NCBI GenBank assembly: GCA_977016875.1
Contig: CDRNST010000067.1
Span: 3,224,001-3,288,000 of the forward strand
Reading direction: 5' to 3'
Origin: Pavona decussata
Taxonomy: Eukaryota
Length of the DNA stretch: 64,000 bases
A program made the position numbers and the translations under genes. The notes under the pieces are model-generated. The model saw only the letters and a list, made by a program, of their open reading frames with translations. It searched no databases and was not told the origin of the DNA. Positions 38,349 through 50,335 of this stretch are shown here, in pieces (position 1 is the stretch's first letter; every line of letters starts with the position of its first letter).

Positions 38349-39260
38349 GACGCTTACTTAAAGCTAGCCTTAATGCCGCTTCATTGTCTACATATAGACG
38401 TCCTTGGGAAATTTTACATCAGTTTAAACGTGAGGTTACCAGCGAACACTTCCATTTTTCCTCTTTCAAGTGACACCTTAGCTCTTTTTCTGGCCTATTT
38501 GGCGGAGAGAAACTATGCAGGGTCCACGGTTATGAGTTATATTTCAGCTTTGAGTTTTCCTCACCGGCTAGCAAGTTGGCCAGACCCCACAAAATCTGAA
38601 TTGGTGAAACTAGCTTTGCGGGGATATGGCAAGTTACACCCATCACAAGACACTAGGCTTCCCATTACCCTACCGATATTAGAACGCATTGTAACCGCAT
38701 GTAATCACTTGTCTTCCATATGTTACCAGCGAAAGCTGTTAAAGGCAATGTACTCTCTCGCATTTTTTGCAGCATTAAGAGTTTGAGAAGTTACTGGCGG
38801 CCCTGGTCAGCAGACAAAAAATATAATAACAATTGACCAACTTTTCTTTTTAAGAGATGGACTCAATGACATTGTTGCTGCCAAATTAGTCTTGACACAT
38901 TATAAGCACAGTGATCCAACAAAACCAGTAGAGTTGCTTATATATAGAGAGCATCCTGTTTGTCCAGTTTCTTTACTGTTAGACTATATTTCCATCCAGG
39001 GAAAGGCCCCAGGGCCACTTTTTTGCTGGGCTGACGGGTCATCTGTTTCTAGGTCTTATTTTACTCGGTCTCTCAAGGATGTGCTACAATATTGCGACCT
39101 CGATGAAGATAGATATAAATCACACAGCTTTCGCACAGGTGCAGCTTCGTGGGCTGCAGCAAAAGGAATGTCTGACTCTCAGATAAGAGTGTTTGGTAGA
39201 TGGAATTCTAATGCATTTCTGAAATACATCCGTATACCAACCCTAGAGTCAAGTTCATGA
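38330..39260 (+). pseudogene. Tyrosine recombinase of the YR retrotransposon
   Basis: RLPIT, AFFAALRV*E (catalytic R, then a stop replacing G), YKH, SHSFRTGAAS (HxxR), GRWNSNAFLKYIR (catalytic Y). One frameshift and one stop. Confidence 0.9.
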
Positions 39261-41099
39261 CTTAACAAAGATAACCTTCCCATTATGCCTAGTGGCCTCA
39301 CATCTTACAGTAACTGGTAGACTTACCGTAAGGGTTCAGCACATTTTGAGCAGGGGCCAAGTGTGAGTGAACCTTTATCAATATAGCAAGTAAACGTAAT
39401 TGATGAAGGATGTAACTAAATGCTAGTTCAGCTATGTAGTGAATGACTGTAGTCGTTAATATTTGGACCTTTTGAGAAGGGGCCCAAGGTCCAAGAGGTT
39501 TTTTCAAGTCTTTTTGATCACCCTTCTCCCTCAGGGTGTTGTGTGCCTGGCTCTGCATTCGGGAGGGATCAGGTTTCCCCCCGCAACAGGGGGGTTTTTC
39601 CTGACGGGCAGCAGGCCTCAAAATTGTAATACCTTCAGTTACGACATCAGTCCTAAGTATGTAGGACCCACTGGGATCATTTCATTAGGTTCTAGGTATC
39701 TATGGGGGACCTTTTGAGCAGGGGCAAAAGGTTCATATTAGAGTTTACGTTAATTCATCCATTTCAGTCTTGTTTAATACATTACTTAATGTGGCTTAAT
39801 GTAGCTTTCTTTTGATTCCGACAATAATGAGTTGGTGATGTAACTGTCGTGGAGTAACTTATCCACACTCTAGCAGTAGCAGAGTGTTATGGCTGGATGC
39901 TATTAATAGTGGAACTTTGAACATTGTCAGTCCTTCCCAGCAAACTGAGTGCAGCCGGTGCATTGTATAGCAAATGAACCTCAAGTTTATTCAATAACAG
40001 AGAGCATAAATATTTTTTTAGATAAATATTCCTGATTTTACATTTTTGTACCCCCAATGTTTTTGTATTTTTTATAATATTATTTAGCTAAAACTAAACC
40101 TATCTAAATGTCTTCTCTATGTACTGGTAGCTGTTAACTGAGAATCATGGGTTGCAGTTTCTTGACTACTAGTAACAGAACTAGCAAAATTAAATTTCAC
40201 CAACAATTACTAAAAGAGTGCGATTTTGTTAGACTTTTTGATTACCTAAAAGTGACAGCATGTGTAATTAGATTGTAAGCCAGGTGCAAAAATGTAAAAT
40301 GTAGTTCATATTACTGGCTTCTGAATTTTCGTTGGCTGTCATGCAAGTTCTTGGAAGTGTCACTGAAAAGAAAAACTCATCGCACTAATTGCAATGTTCT
40401 TTTAATGGGTGTTCTGAATTTTCATTTTTGATCTTATGTTGTACTCCTGACGAAAACAAGAGAGGAACAATTCTTTCCATCAAGAATGCATTCTAAAAAT
40501 TTCAAATTCAAGCAGTATTTTGTTTCACTGGCACCTTCAACAAACTGTTGAGTTTTGCTTCTATCATCAGAGACATTCTCTTATACAGCTACTTGCAAAA
40601 CAGTTGACCAAAATACAGACCATGAAAAAGGTAATAATTTTATTATAGAGAAAGTTAATGGTGGAGAAGTCATACTTTTTGTGAGTAACTGTTAATATAT
40701 GCAAATGCCCTATTTGGTTAACTTTTTGGGTAAAAACCTGCAAGTAAACACAAGGCATAGCATAATACAGGAGTTCAATAATAGTGATAGTGAAAGCAAT
40801 GGTGTTCATGAATATGAACTTTCTTTGACAGCTTTGGATCCATCATCCTTGCAGTTCAAAGCATTGAGTTGACGGTGCATGGTCACTGTATTGGTTGATA
40901 GTAAAGCTGTTGCACATAACATAACTGGTTACCATAGCAACATGCCCATTACAACAAAGGAAAATAAACTCAGGGTCTATTATAGTTATTTGGATCAGCA
41001 CTCTCTCCTTCTCCCCGGCCACCACTGTACTAGGCTGTGCGGTCACTAAGCAATATGACTGGTTACAACCGGTCACAATGTTGCTGTTACAGAATTTAA

Positions 41100-43346
41100 G
41101 GGGTATCGAATAGTCTTTGCGAGCATTTGCAAGCATGCGAGCAATGTGTTTATTTTTGCGAACACGAGCAGTTGTCAAATTTTTCTTGCGAGCAGCCAGC
41201 CCTTAAAAAAATACAGATGGCGAGCAGCGAGCATGTCGAGTACTTCATACATTTTCCGCTAGCTGTGATCCCTCTTTTATTCATAGGATACATTGTTTTG
41301 CGCCAAGTAATAGCTAATAATCTGGCTGACACCTCCAAAACAGAATAGGAGAAAGCTGGGGCGGTTCAACCAGTCCCAGCATCTTACAGCCAATTATGCC
41401 CCGCTTGATGCCAAATTACGTCACGTAGCTTCACGTGAGACAGTCAGGATGGACGCTCAAGAACTTCAAGAGCTCTAAAGGAGATCTATTAGATCCAAAG
41501 CCCGCGATCTTAAGTTTTCAAGACTATTTAAGGAATAAGAATGACCCTGGAGGCACTAAAACGTATTAAGGTGAAATAGAAGCTGTAAACCCAGACTATG
41601 TAAGGAAAGTAGACGTTAAAGCTTAGGTAACTCTTCTCATCGAGCATTTGAACTCAGAATTGAGATACCTTTATGAGATGCCAACAGTTCAACAGTTCTG
41701 CTATCAGTTTTCTGCTGCCGTAGAAGAAACTCTCAAGTGAATTAGCAATTGTGGCTTCAGCTATTTCACCTCCTGAGACTCCTATTATGATGTTCCTGAA
41801 GGGATGTTTAGCTTTGAAGAAATTCCAAAGGTCCCTTGCCCTTTGGCAAGAAAAGGAAGTAAAGAGGTTGTGGTAAAGATCAGGCATTGGGGCTACAACC
41901 TATGGTGACAGCACATGACAACTGAGCGTCAGAGCAAAGTCGACCAAGGATAACCCAGGCACTCTGCCTATCAGCGCCCACGGGCGACGAACACTTTTTT
42001 TTAACAGCTTTATTGACCATTACACATGTTACATACAGCAAATTAACCAGCCAATTAAATTGAATTAAACAGCAAACTAAACAGCCAGAATCCAGTTCAG
42101 ACACTTCTGAACAATCCAGCTCTTTTGGAGGATCTCACCGAAAGAATTCAAGAAGAAAACGAGACAGATGAAGGAGACAAATAAAATATTCTTGGCAGGG
42201 AGGAAAGTGTTGAGAAGAAAGAATAAATAGTTATCATTACCAAATTTGAAAGAATCAGCGGACCTTTTTTTATTAGGAAAACTAGCCCAAACACCGAGGA
42301 GAACAGCATCTAAAGTTAAAACGCATGTGTACGCAAGCTATCTCGAAGACTGTCTCGCATTCAATTACGCTTTTACAGCCCTGGTGGAGAGAAGGAATAT
42401 GATTGGTACTGTTGCAGACATGCAGTTTACAGACAAAGACTTCCATATCGATTTGGACAAAGAATATGAAGAATTTCTCGAGCGCATAAGGGGTGTTGAG
42501 GAAAGCGAAACAGATGAAGAGGACCTTGAACAAGAACCAATGATCCTCGAGTCAGACGAACCTCCTCTGGACTGAAGAACTTTACGGTTTCCAGATTGTT
42601 TTTATTGAAAGCACGGCCATAAGCCGCAAGGTACCTCTGTCCTCCCCCTTGGTGGAGTTGAAAAGATGCTACTGCAAACCAGCTTACAACATCAAGCAGA
42701 ATAAATTAAAGGAGCTCTGCAAACTGACACTGCTTCTATAAACACGATTGATTATTGCAGTTATACACACAACGTACATAGTCTTGAAATTCAAACCTGA
42801 AAAAAATTCAGGCCTGAACGGGTTCAGAACCCATGACCTCTGCGATACCGGGTGCAGTACTCTACTAACTGAGCTATCAAGCCAACTGGGAGCTGGTCAC
42901 GTTTTGAGTTCGTAATATACGCGTAGGTGGTGAAGAAACAAGTGAATAGATGAAAGATCACATGTTTGAACTGCGGAACAGTACCTCTGTCAAGCAGAAA
43001 GCCTGTGACGATGAACTGTGATAAAGAATAAACCAAAAGTCCGAAAGTCATGGAGCTTCGTGCATTTTCCCAACAACTGAATACATACAGCGCCTTCAAA
43101 ACAGTTACAGGCTGAACTGTTAAAGAAAGACTGAAGCCAGTGGTAAGGATGTTTCAACCTGAATTTTTTCAGGTTAGCGCAATTTCAAGCAATCGAGCAC
43201 ATGTTAACGAGAATGCGAGCATGCCAGCAGTTGAAACAATTTTGTGAGCACGAGCATGCGAGCACCCGTGTAATTTTTGCGAGCAATTTGAGCAAAGGCC
43301 AAATTTTGCGAGCACTTTTAAATTAAATGGGACCATTCGATACTCC
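41100..43346. mobile_element. Non-autonomous TIR element with TAA TSD (PIF/Harbinger-like) and GCGAGCA subterminal repeats
   Basis: TAA|GGGGTATCGAAT ... ATTCGATACTCC|TAA; many GCGAGCA motifs at 41119-41235 and 43193-43314. Confidence 0.8.
42757..42977 (-). repeat. tRNA-derived SINE/repeat unit
   Basis: Minus strand GGCTTGATAGCTCAGTTAGTAGAG (A box) ... GGGTTCTGAACCC (degenerate B box) at ~42883-42810, with an abnormal anticodon arm. Confidence 0.75.
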
Positions 43347-44480
43347 TAATTAAATGTAGCGTTAAGAGGAGTAATTATTTGTTCCTTTCCAGTCGCTAAT
43401 CTTTCTGACTACAGTTGGTGGAGAATCCAAGTTCCATGGCAAGTAAAGAAGAACTTGAACGCATTGTAGCGGGTCTCGCAAATGTTGTCAAAGACCTAAC
43501 ACAGAATGTAAACCACATCAGTAATCAGATCGGCCAACTTGCTACCACATCACAACAACCACAACAAGCTCCTCAAAACCCACCGAGCACTTCACTGGCT
43601 CAACCTCTGTCGTCTTTACGACTTCCAACCCTTCAGCTCCCAACATTTCCCTGTGATGAATCAAGTTGAGATCAAATGGCCGATTTCCTCGAAAGTTTCA
43701 AGCAACAAACCTCTCATCTGTCCCCCTACATGACCATCACGCTTCTTGAGCAACAATGTATTGGAGAATGGCCTCACTCAGTCCTTTCCATCGCAAAAAC
43801 CACAGTGGACTTCGCAGGAAAACCAGCAAAAGAGCAGCTTACTACTTTAATTGAACATCTCAAGTGTGAATTTGAAGAACCAACAGCACTCAAATGCCCC
43901 CGACTTGACGGAGGTTTAAGCGCAATGACACAAAAGGCAAGTGAGAATGTGAATCAATTTACTTTTCAATTCAGGAACGTTTTACATACGACGGAACGCT
44001 TGGGCAAAAAGGTTGCTAAAGATTGCCCTACTAACAACATTTCACGATATCTAGCCAAAGTTAAACCTGAGATTGCACAACAAGTAGTCTTAAGGGACCG
44101 ATCGTTTATTACGTCCTAGGGGGGGCGGTGTTTTTTGAGGGGGGGTAATTTTTTCAAACGAGCTCCTTTTGGGGGGGTAATTTTTTACCTTGTACGAAAA
44201 GTGAGGGGGGTAAAATTTTAAGACATACAAAAGGTACGAACTAACTGTATTTAGCGATTATTGAAATAATGGCAATCCAAAAAAAACAATTGTTACAAAA
44301 ATGTATACTATATTTATTTATATACAGTATATATATTAAAATAAATACTCATTTCTATGAGAAACTAGCCACTGATGAACTTGCACAGAGTGAAGAAGAG
44401 AGACCCTGGGAACCAGTTTGCTGGTGGACAGGACAATACTCAACGGTCAGCGGTCACTCCCAAATTCGTACCAAGCGAAC

Positions 44481-45960
44481 ATGGCACTGTACAAGATTTG
44501 GAGTTTGAATAGGCGTATAAGGAAAGCAGTTAAAGCAAGTTCATTTGATGAATTCGTTAAATCTGGTCAGTAATCCAGTTTTAATACTGATAGTCGTTTT
44601 CTAAAATCTGGTTTTAATTGTCGCTATTGCACATCAAACCCATGAAACAGCCAAAGCCAAATTCGACATCCCCGATGACGTGGTTGTAACTTGTTACACT
44701 GAAGATGATGGAACAGAGGTTGAAGAGGACATATTTTTGGATTTCAACGAAGAGACTGTGTTTGTTATTGGTGTTAAGGGAGAAAAATGGATGTAAGTAC
44801 GTTTTACAACTGATCTGTATAAAGTCACTGACCAATTTCCTTGACTTGGAAACTCAAAGATAATTTTTAATCCCTAGTCCAAGAGAGCAAGTGGAGCACT
44901 TTCAAAGGCAAAGCGAAACACCAGATGGAGGTAAAAGATTTTGTGACCTTCCAACTTTAATATGATGATTTTAAACAGTTTCATTGTTTGCAAAATGCGA
45001 GCGATTTTTTTTTCGCGAGCCGAAACTGAACATCATGGTCATTGGATGTTTTTATCATAAAACAACTGAATTTTTGTTTAATTGTGCTAGTTATTAGTTA
45101 TTATATATTATTTCATCACACTGATATTTTTATACCTACCAAAAGTGTATTCAGTTCTTCATTGAATGCTAAATTATATTTTTCTACTTACTTTCTTCGC
45201 CAAAACTACTGCTGACTTTGACTTGTTTAGCTGGTGGAAGGAACTGTCACTAGTAGACTAAAGAGTAATGTTTGTTTGCACCCTGACTGAAGCTATTAAA
45301 GTAGTTTTTATTTATTTATATCAATTCTTTTTAACATGTTTATACAAAAAAATTGCTTATTCTATTACAATCATAGACAGAAGAAATGTCACAAGCAGTT
45401 CTGAGGAAGATTGGCAGGACGTTGATCTTGGGTGGCTTCCACATGTAGGAACCCATCGTGACATCCAGTTTTCTAACAATGTTTTAAAAGAATTTGCTAA
45501 ACTTGCTAAACTGCTGATTCCAAGCAAAACTGTTTACCGCAAGTATTTTACGCAGGAAAAAGCTAGGCAATGGGACTTATTTAAAAGAAAGGAAAAAATT
45601 GAAAATAGTTGTTGTTTTCTCAAATCAGAAAACATGGCAGGGATTGCCAACCGACTGGATGAAGGATACATCCCTCGCCCTAATGATGGAAACGTTTTAG
45701 CTGGTGTGGCTGCCAAAATACATAGTTTGGTAGATGACGTAGAAAACCTAAATTCTGAAATTAAGGCACACGATCAATCATTGTTTGAGACAAATGGGAT
45801 AAATCTTAAGCACAAGTGGCAAATGTTCCACCACATTTGCAATGGTAGACTGATTGAGTCACTCTTGTCATCAATCATAGAGTTGGTAAAATCGACTATA
45901 AACTTCTCCATATCGCTACTATTCTTCAGAACGACAAAGATCTTGCAGGTAATAGGTTGA
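44481..45960 (+). CDS. CIDE-N domain protein, 4 exons (44481-44565, 44651-44792, 44878-44930, 45377-45960), ~287 aa; C-terminus probably chimeric after an internal deletion
   Basis: Spliced N-terminus MALYKIWSLNRRIRKAVKASSFDEFVKSAKAKFDIPDDVVVTCYTEDDGTEVEEDIFLDFNEETVFVIGVKGEKW matches the CIDE-N consensus (K.WS..R..RK.V.A.S..E...DGTEV.E..F...T.F....GE.W). GT-AG introns with consistent phases 1, 2, 1. Confidence 0.78.
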
Positions 45961-46336
45961 GTGATGACATAGACAGGCAAACCGTGTATTTCATCAAGCA
46001 GCTTATCTCTGAAGGCTTGCTTATCTGGGCAAACAAATGAATATTAAAAGACGAATAGAGATGGTAGGCTTCTTCAAAATCGATATATCCACATCCATAC
46101 ATCAAATGCTCCTGTACTGCTCTTAAACCACGAGCTGCGTTGACCTTCTGTGTACCTTCTTTTGACGACTGAAGAATAGACTCCAGCATTAACAAAACAT
46201 CGTTATTATCAAGACATTGAAGAGATGATCTAAGTTACGTTCCCTTACTTGAATTTCACCTAACTTCTGATGGTTTCTCTTGCCAGCTCAGATTCAGAGA
46301 GCTAGCGACTTCCACACATATTTTGGTAGCCGCCAT
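45830..46336 (-). pseudogene. 5' remnant of a second, convergent gene of the TIR element (presumed transposase N-terminus)
   Basis: ATG in AATATGGCGG context at 46336, followed by frameshifted coding-like pieces (ORFs 45926-46195 and 45774-45980). No catalytic motif retained. Confidence 0.4.
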
Positions 46337-48329
46337 ATTGAACTGACAATGTAACCAACCGTTGTGCCCAGGACCTTCTCAACTATTCAACCACCAGGCC
46401 AACCATATGGAGGGGTGGAGGTGGGGGGTAAAATTTTCAAACTGTCATTGCAATGGGGGGTAAAACTTTTGTTTGAAAGTTTTTTTGGGGGGCAAAATTT
46501 TCATACACTCGATTTTTTAGAAAACCACCGCCCCCCCTTGGACGTAATAAACGATCGGTCCCTAAAAGCTGAGTAATTTACAACCTCGGAACAAGCCGCT
46601 GAATCACCCCATTAGATCGAATTGTCCTTGCACATGCAAACACGTGGTGACGTCGTATCGCGATCTGAAAATCTTACTTCCTCGGGTAAAAGCAACTCAA
46701 GTTCACCTCAACAACGCAACAAGAAACGTCACTGCTGGACCTGCGCTCCCGTAACCATCTTGTGCCACAATGTCCTTCCTTACTGCACCCCATGCAAAAC
46801 TCTAAATTACCCACACCAGAAGTCTGCAGAAATTTTAACCACTACCTTCACTCAAACTGCGAGAAAGCGAATAACAAGTGCTCTCATGGTCGCCTCCACA
46901 AGTGTTTAACTTGTCATAAATGGCATAAGACAATAAGGCATGACTCTCGGCAAGCAAATGCAGCCACGCCCACCAAGCCATTTGGCATGTCTTCAACAAA
47001 TCCAGATCCTGGCTCATGATCAGACTTCCAAGCATGCAATTCACAGTCCCTTGCCCCAGTGTCACATGAACCCAGTTACAGTTTGCGTGACAATTACAAG
47101 CCTCTTGTTGGTGTTACTTGTCTCCTAACCAAAACACCTTTGTTTGAAAAACCAACATCCTCATACTCTCTGTGGTGTGGATTCAACCTTGTCACTGCTT
47201 GTTTAACCCTAAGATCTGTCTTTGTGGAATTTCAAGGCACCTGATGCACTCCAAGCCTCACTTTGTGATATCTGGGAAAACATGCCTCAGCATCCTGTAC
47301 CTGAGGATGAGATCCCAGACTTGACCAAAGTTCATTACACAACAGTTGCTATCATGTCAACGCAGAAGAGAGTCACTCTTCCCCAGAATGTCATCCTCGC
47401 CCACATTCACCCTGCCACTACCCAGGACGAAGAAACCTTTCATCAGGCAGCTAGCCGTACCTCAGAGCAATTAGCAGACGCCTGGATGGCCTAGGCAGAG
47501 ACACAAACTCAACCAAACCTATCCTCCAATCCTTCCAGATTGCCTACTAGCCCCTCCATTGCCTCCAAAGTACGTGTATCAAAGTTATCACTACAATCTG
47601 AAATGCAAGCCATGGGTTTGGATTCTTCCATATTGTCTCCATTTCGTGAGCCACAGGAGGATCAGCAAGACACTCTTGAGTTCCTTCCAAACACAACACA
47701 ACTTATGTTGGGTCCATACTCTGAAGAATATCATAATGCCCTGGTGAACGCACTAAAACTTGACACTGAACTGTATGCACATGTTAATCCTAAGCTCCTA
47801 TCTGAATTCAAGGTATTGCAGTAATAATATACATGAAAAAATGTCTTCATTCCTATTGGCTAACAGAAGTGCAGTTTTCAGATAACATAGTAAACATAAA
47901 AGGATGCACGAGTTAGTAGATGGGAGTGGCAGTAAGGGGTGGGCCAAGAAAGAAAAGACTGGATTGATCCTATCTTATATTCTGAATAACTGATGCATTA
48001 TATCCTCAAGATTAGAGAAATGGTCGTTATGGCCTTTTTGATGAAGAAAATCATTTTTTCACCGCTGCCGCTGGATCAAAATCCAGAACTGATGGACCCT
48101 CCAGTGAAATTTCCGTCAGATCTTCAAGGGTTTCTCCACCAGGGGAGGAACGTCAATCATTCTTGATTCTATTTTGCGCTGATTATGCCCTTTCACAACT
48201 GAGCAGCTGAGATAGGAAGAACCAATACGATTTCAACCAAGTGGAGTCCATCTTTGAGATCATCTTTGTCGGGTTCCTTTGTTAGAGGGGTGGTCCACAG
48301 ATCAAGATATGCTTTCGTCTTGAATTGAG

Positions 48330-48690
48330 TACTGACCAGAACCTTCAAAAAGATTCACTGGGGCGGAATGGATGCAATGTGACAGCCTTTCCCCTCAAGC
48401 ATTGGTCAAAACCATTGTGTGAGATGTACAAATGCCTCTTGCCCTAGATCGATGAGGTCATTTTGAGGTGTGGCCCATGCAGCAGTTAGACTACCATGTC
48501 TTTAACCACTTGGTTGGGAGCAGAGGAATACTTTTTCCCCGGGATTTGCAAGAGAACACGAAATAGAGTTCTCCTGCAGTCAACAGTCTTAGAACAAGGT
48601 TTGCAGATTCATCACCTTGCATTAGGAGTGACACGAAATTGTAAAGGCAATTCCCATCGTTAATTATCTTTAAAGCCTTCATTCCCTTGG
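48330..48690 (-). pseudogene. Vertnin-like OTU-fold fragment
   Basis: ALKIINDGNCLYNFVSLLMQGDESANLVLRLLTAGELY fits DGNCL...S..L.G.E....LR..T..EL. Confidence 0.55.
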
Positions 48691-48732
48691 TACCCTTGGT
48701 TGAGCTAAAATGATCTTTTAGACTTTCCCGAC

Positions 48733-49115
48733 ATGGATTTGTCTCTCACGTACAATCCACCAGGTTACGGAAACTGTCAGTTTGGGGCACTGTGTTTCTG
48801 GTTAAACCATCTTGGTATACACCGATCATCAGAAACTGTCCGGGAAGAAATAGTGAAGTACCTGACAAAAAATCCAAACGACAGTGAAGGTATGCCTTGG
48901 AGTTTTTGCAAACACGCCCTGGGCAGAATATTTACACTCAATGGCAAAGAATGGCACCTATGGTGACCAGATTCGTACAATAATTAAATTGTTGTAGTTT
49001 TGACCTTGGGGCCTGATGCCACAGCGGTGATTGAACCCTCTTGCAGCATACTCAATGCAAGAGTTCAGCTCGGGCATTATGCAGAGAACCACGGAGAACA
49101 CTGTATATGTGTGGA
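48733..49115 (+). pseudogene. OTU deubiquitinase-like fragment
   Basis: PPGYGNCQFGALCFWL...VREEIVKYL, then AKNGTYGD and LGHYAENHGEH (Cys box and His box). Frameshifted. Confidence 0.65.
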
Positions 49116-49479
49116 CTGCAGAGTGTTGCTGGAGGAGGAGGAGCAGGAGATAGAGAGGTGGAAGATGATGAGCAGGAGGAAAGAGCAGAAGACAATGGCA
49201 CCTATTTGCTACCCCACTCAGGAGGGTAACACACACCGCCAGTATATGCGAAAGGAAAGAGAGATGTTTGAACAAGATCAACACCGTATACAAATGCCCA
49301 TCCACTTTGTTGAAAACGAGACCACCACAGAAAGGCTCGCGAAAAAATTCTAGAGAAAATCCTTTCCGAGGCGTTATTATCTTCAGGTTTCTAGTGGCCT
49401 AACCATGTATGCCACATGTATTACAACCTATGGAAAGTCAACATCCATTTTCGTGATATCACCTGTAGACTGGTCTTGA

Positions 49480-49652
49480 TGCTGCCGAGGAGAATCCTCA
49501 TGACACAATGGACTGAGGAGGCATGAAGAAAGCTCTCCTAAGACAAGATGTTTGCCAAGAAACTGTTCATGAAGACTGGTTGTCTAATGACAGCTGATGG
49601 CTCAGATGATGATATGATCAGACCTCAAGGGCTAGAGCCATACAGTTTGTAA
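49480..49652 (+). pseudogene. pogo/Tigger transposase C-terminal fragment
   Basis: RRILMTQWTEEA ... FMKTGCLMTADGSDDDMIRPQGL*. Confidence 0.65.
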
Positions 49653-50049
49653 TTTTTTTTTCCTCACAGAGAAGTCCAAAAAAGCCAATCCTGTAGGTTG
49701 ATTGCTTGGAACTTGTTATAAATGTACTGTATTTGTCCCAAGATTTTTTGGTATCAACTTTGAAATGGCATTTCAGAGAACTGACTATGAGTTTGTTTGA
49801 GCATATGTTTTGTAAAGGGCATACCAGCACTGTACAGCCTTTAGGCATTATGGTATATATGATTTATTTTGTATTATGATATGATATTTATAATATATTT
49901 AAATGAAATTCATATGAAAATATAAGAACCAATTTTAATAACCTTGGTAGCCTAAATTTGCTTTAAGTACCATTTATATAAGAAACTGTTTAGGCTAAAT
50001 TAAAAAATCTAGGTTCTTAGACGCGGGTTTTTTATTGATGGAGGTCATC

Positions 50050-50304
50050 TTCATGCCCATGTAGCAGGTCTCGCAAAACAAAAGCAGATGGAAAATTCGC
50101 CCATTGCACAAGGCTTAAGAAGAAGGGGTAAGGTAATAGAAGAGCAGAACAGGAAAGAACTTGAAGTCAAAGAGAACACTGCCTATGTAATAGCGAAAAC
50201 AGCAATGCGACGGGCCACTAGACCCACATTGGCACACCCGTAGGGTTAAAGAGGCTATTCGCAGAACACTTCACCCTGACAACATCAACAGGGATAATGG
50301 AATT

Positions 50305-50335
<31 letters not shown>

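Larger units (their letters stand above)
33080..39950 (+). mobile_element. Ngaro/DIRS-order tyrosine-recombinase retrotransposon (boundaries approximate)
   Basis: Gene order SGNH hydrolase - gag (zinc fingers) - overlapping RT/RNase H - overlapping tyrosine recombinase. No methyltransferase, protease or DDE integrase seen. Confidence 0.82.
44094..46562. mobile_element. TIR DNA transposon with TAA TSD (Zator- or PIF/Harbinger-like), internally deleted, 2469 bp
   Basis: TAA|GGGACCGATCGTTTATTACGTCC ... GGACGTAATAAACGATCGGTCCC|TAA (perfect 23-bp TIR, extending imperfectly); GGGGGTAA subterminal motifs; inserted in the gag reading frame. Confidence 0.88.
40865..47824 (+). mobile_element. Decayed LTR retrotransposon (probably Gypsy): 5' LTR ending 43413, PBS, gag to pre-RT region; interrupted by two TIR elements
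   Basis: ...CTACA then TGGTGGAGAAT (43416-43426, PBS-like, tRNA-Ala type). gag from ATG 43436 (LRLPTLQLPTF, ADFLESF) continues across the 44094-46562 insertion to Cys/His clusters at ~46730-46925. The LTR start is a guess. Confidence 0.6.

Noticed and set aside
38330-39260. Prophage or bacterial integrase (contamination or HGT)
   Set aside because: It overlaps RT/RNase H in the DIRS/Ngaro arrangement and is surrounded by intron-containing eukaryotic TEs.
42810-42883. tRNA gene
   Set aside because: B box is degenerate, the anticodon arm is abnormal, and it sits within a longer repeat unit; treated as a tRNA-derived repeat.
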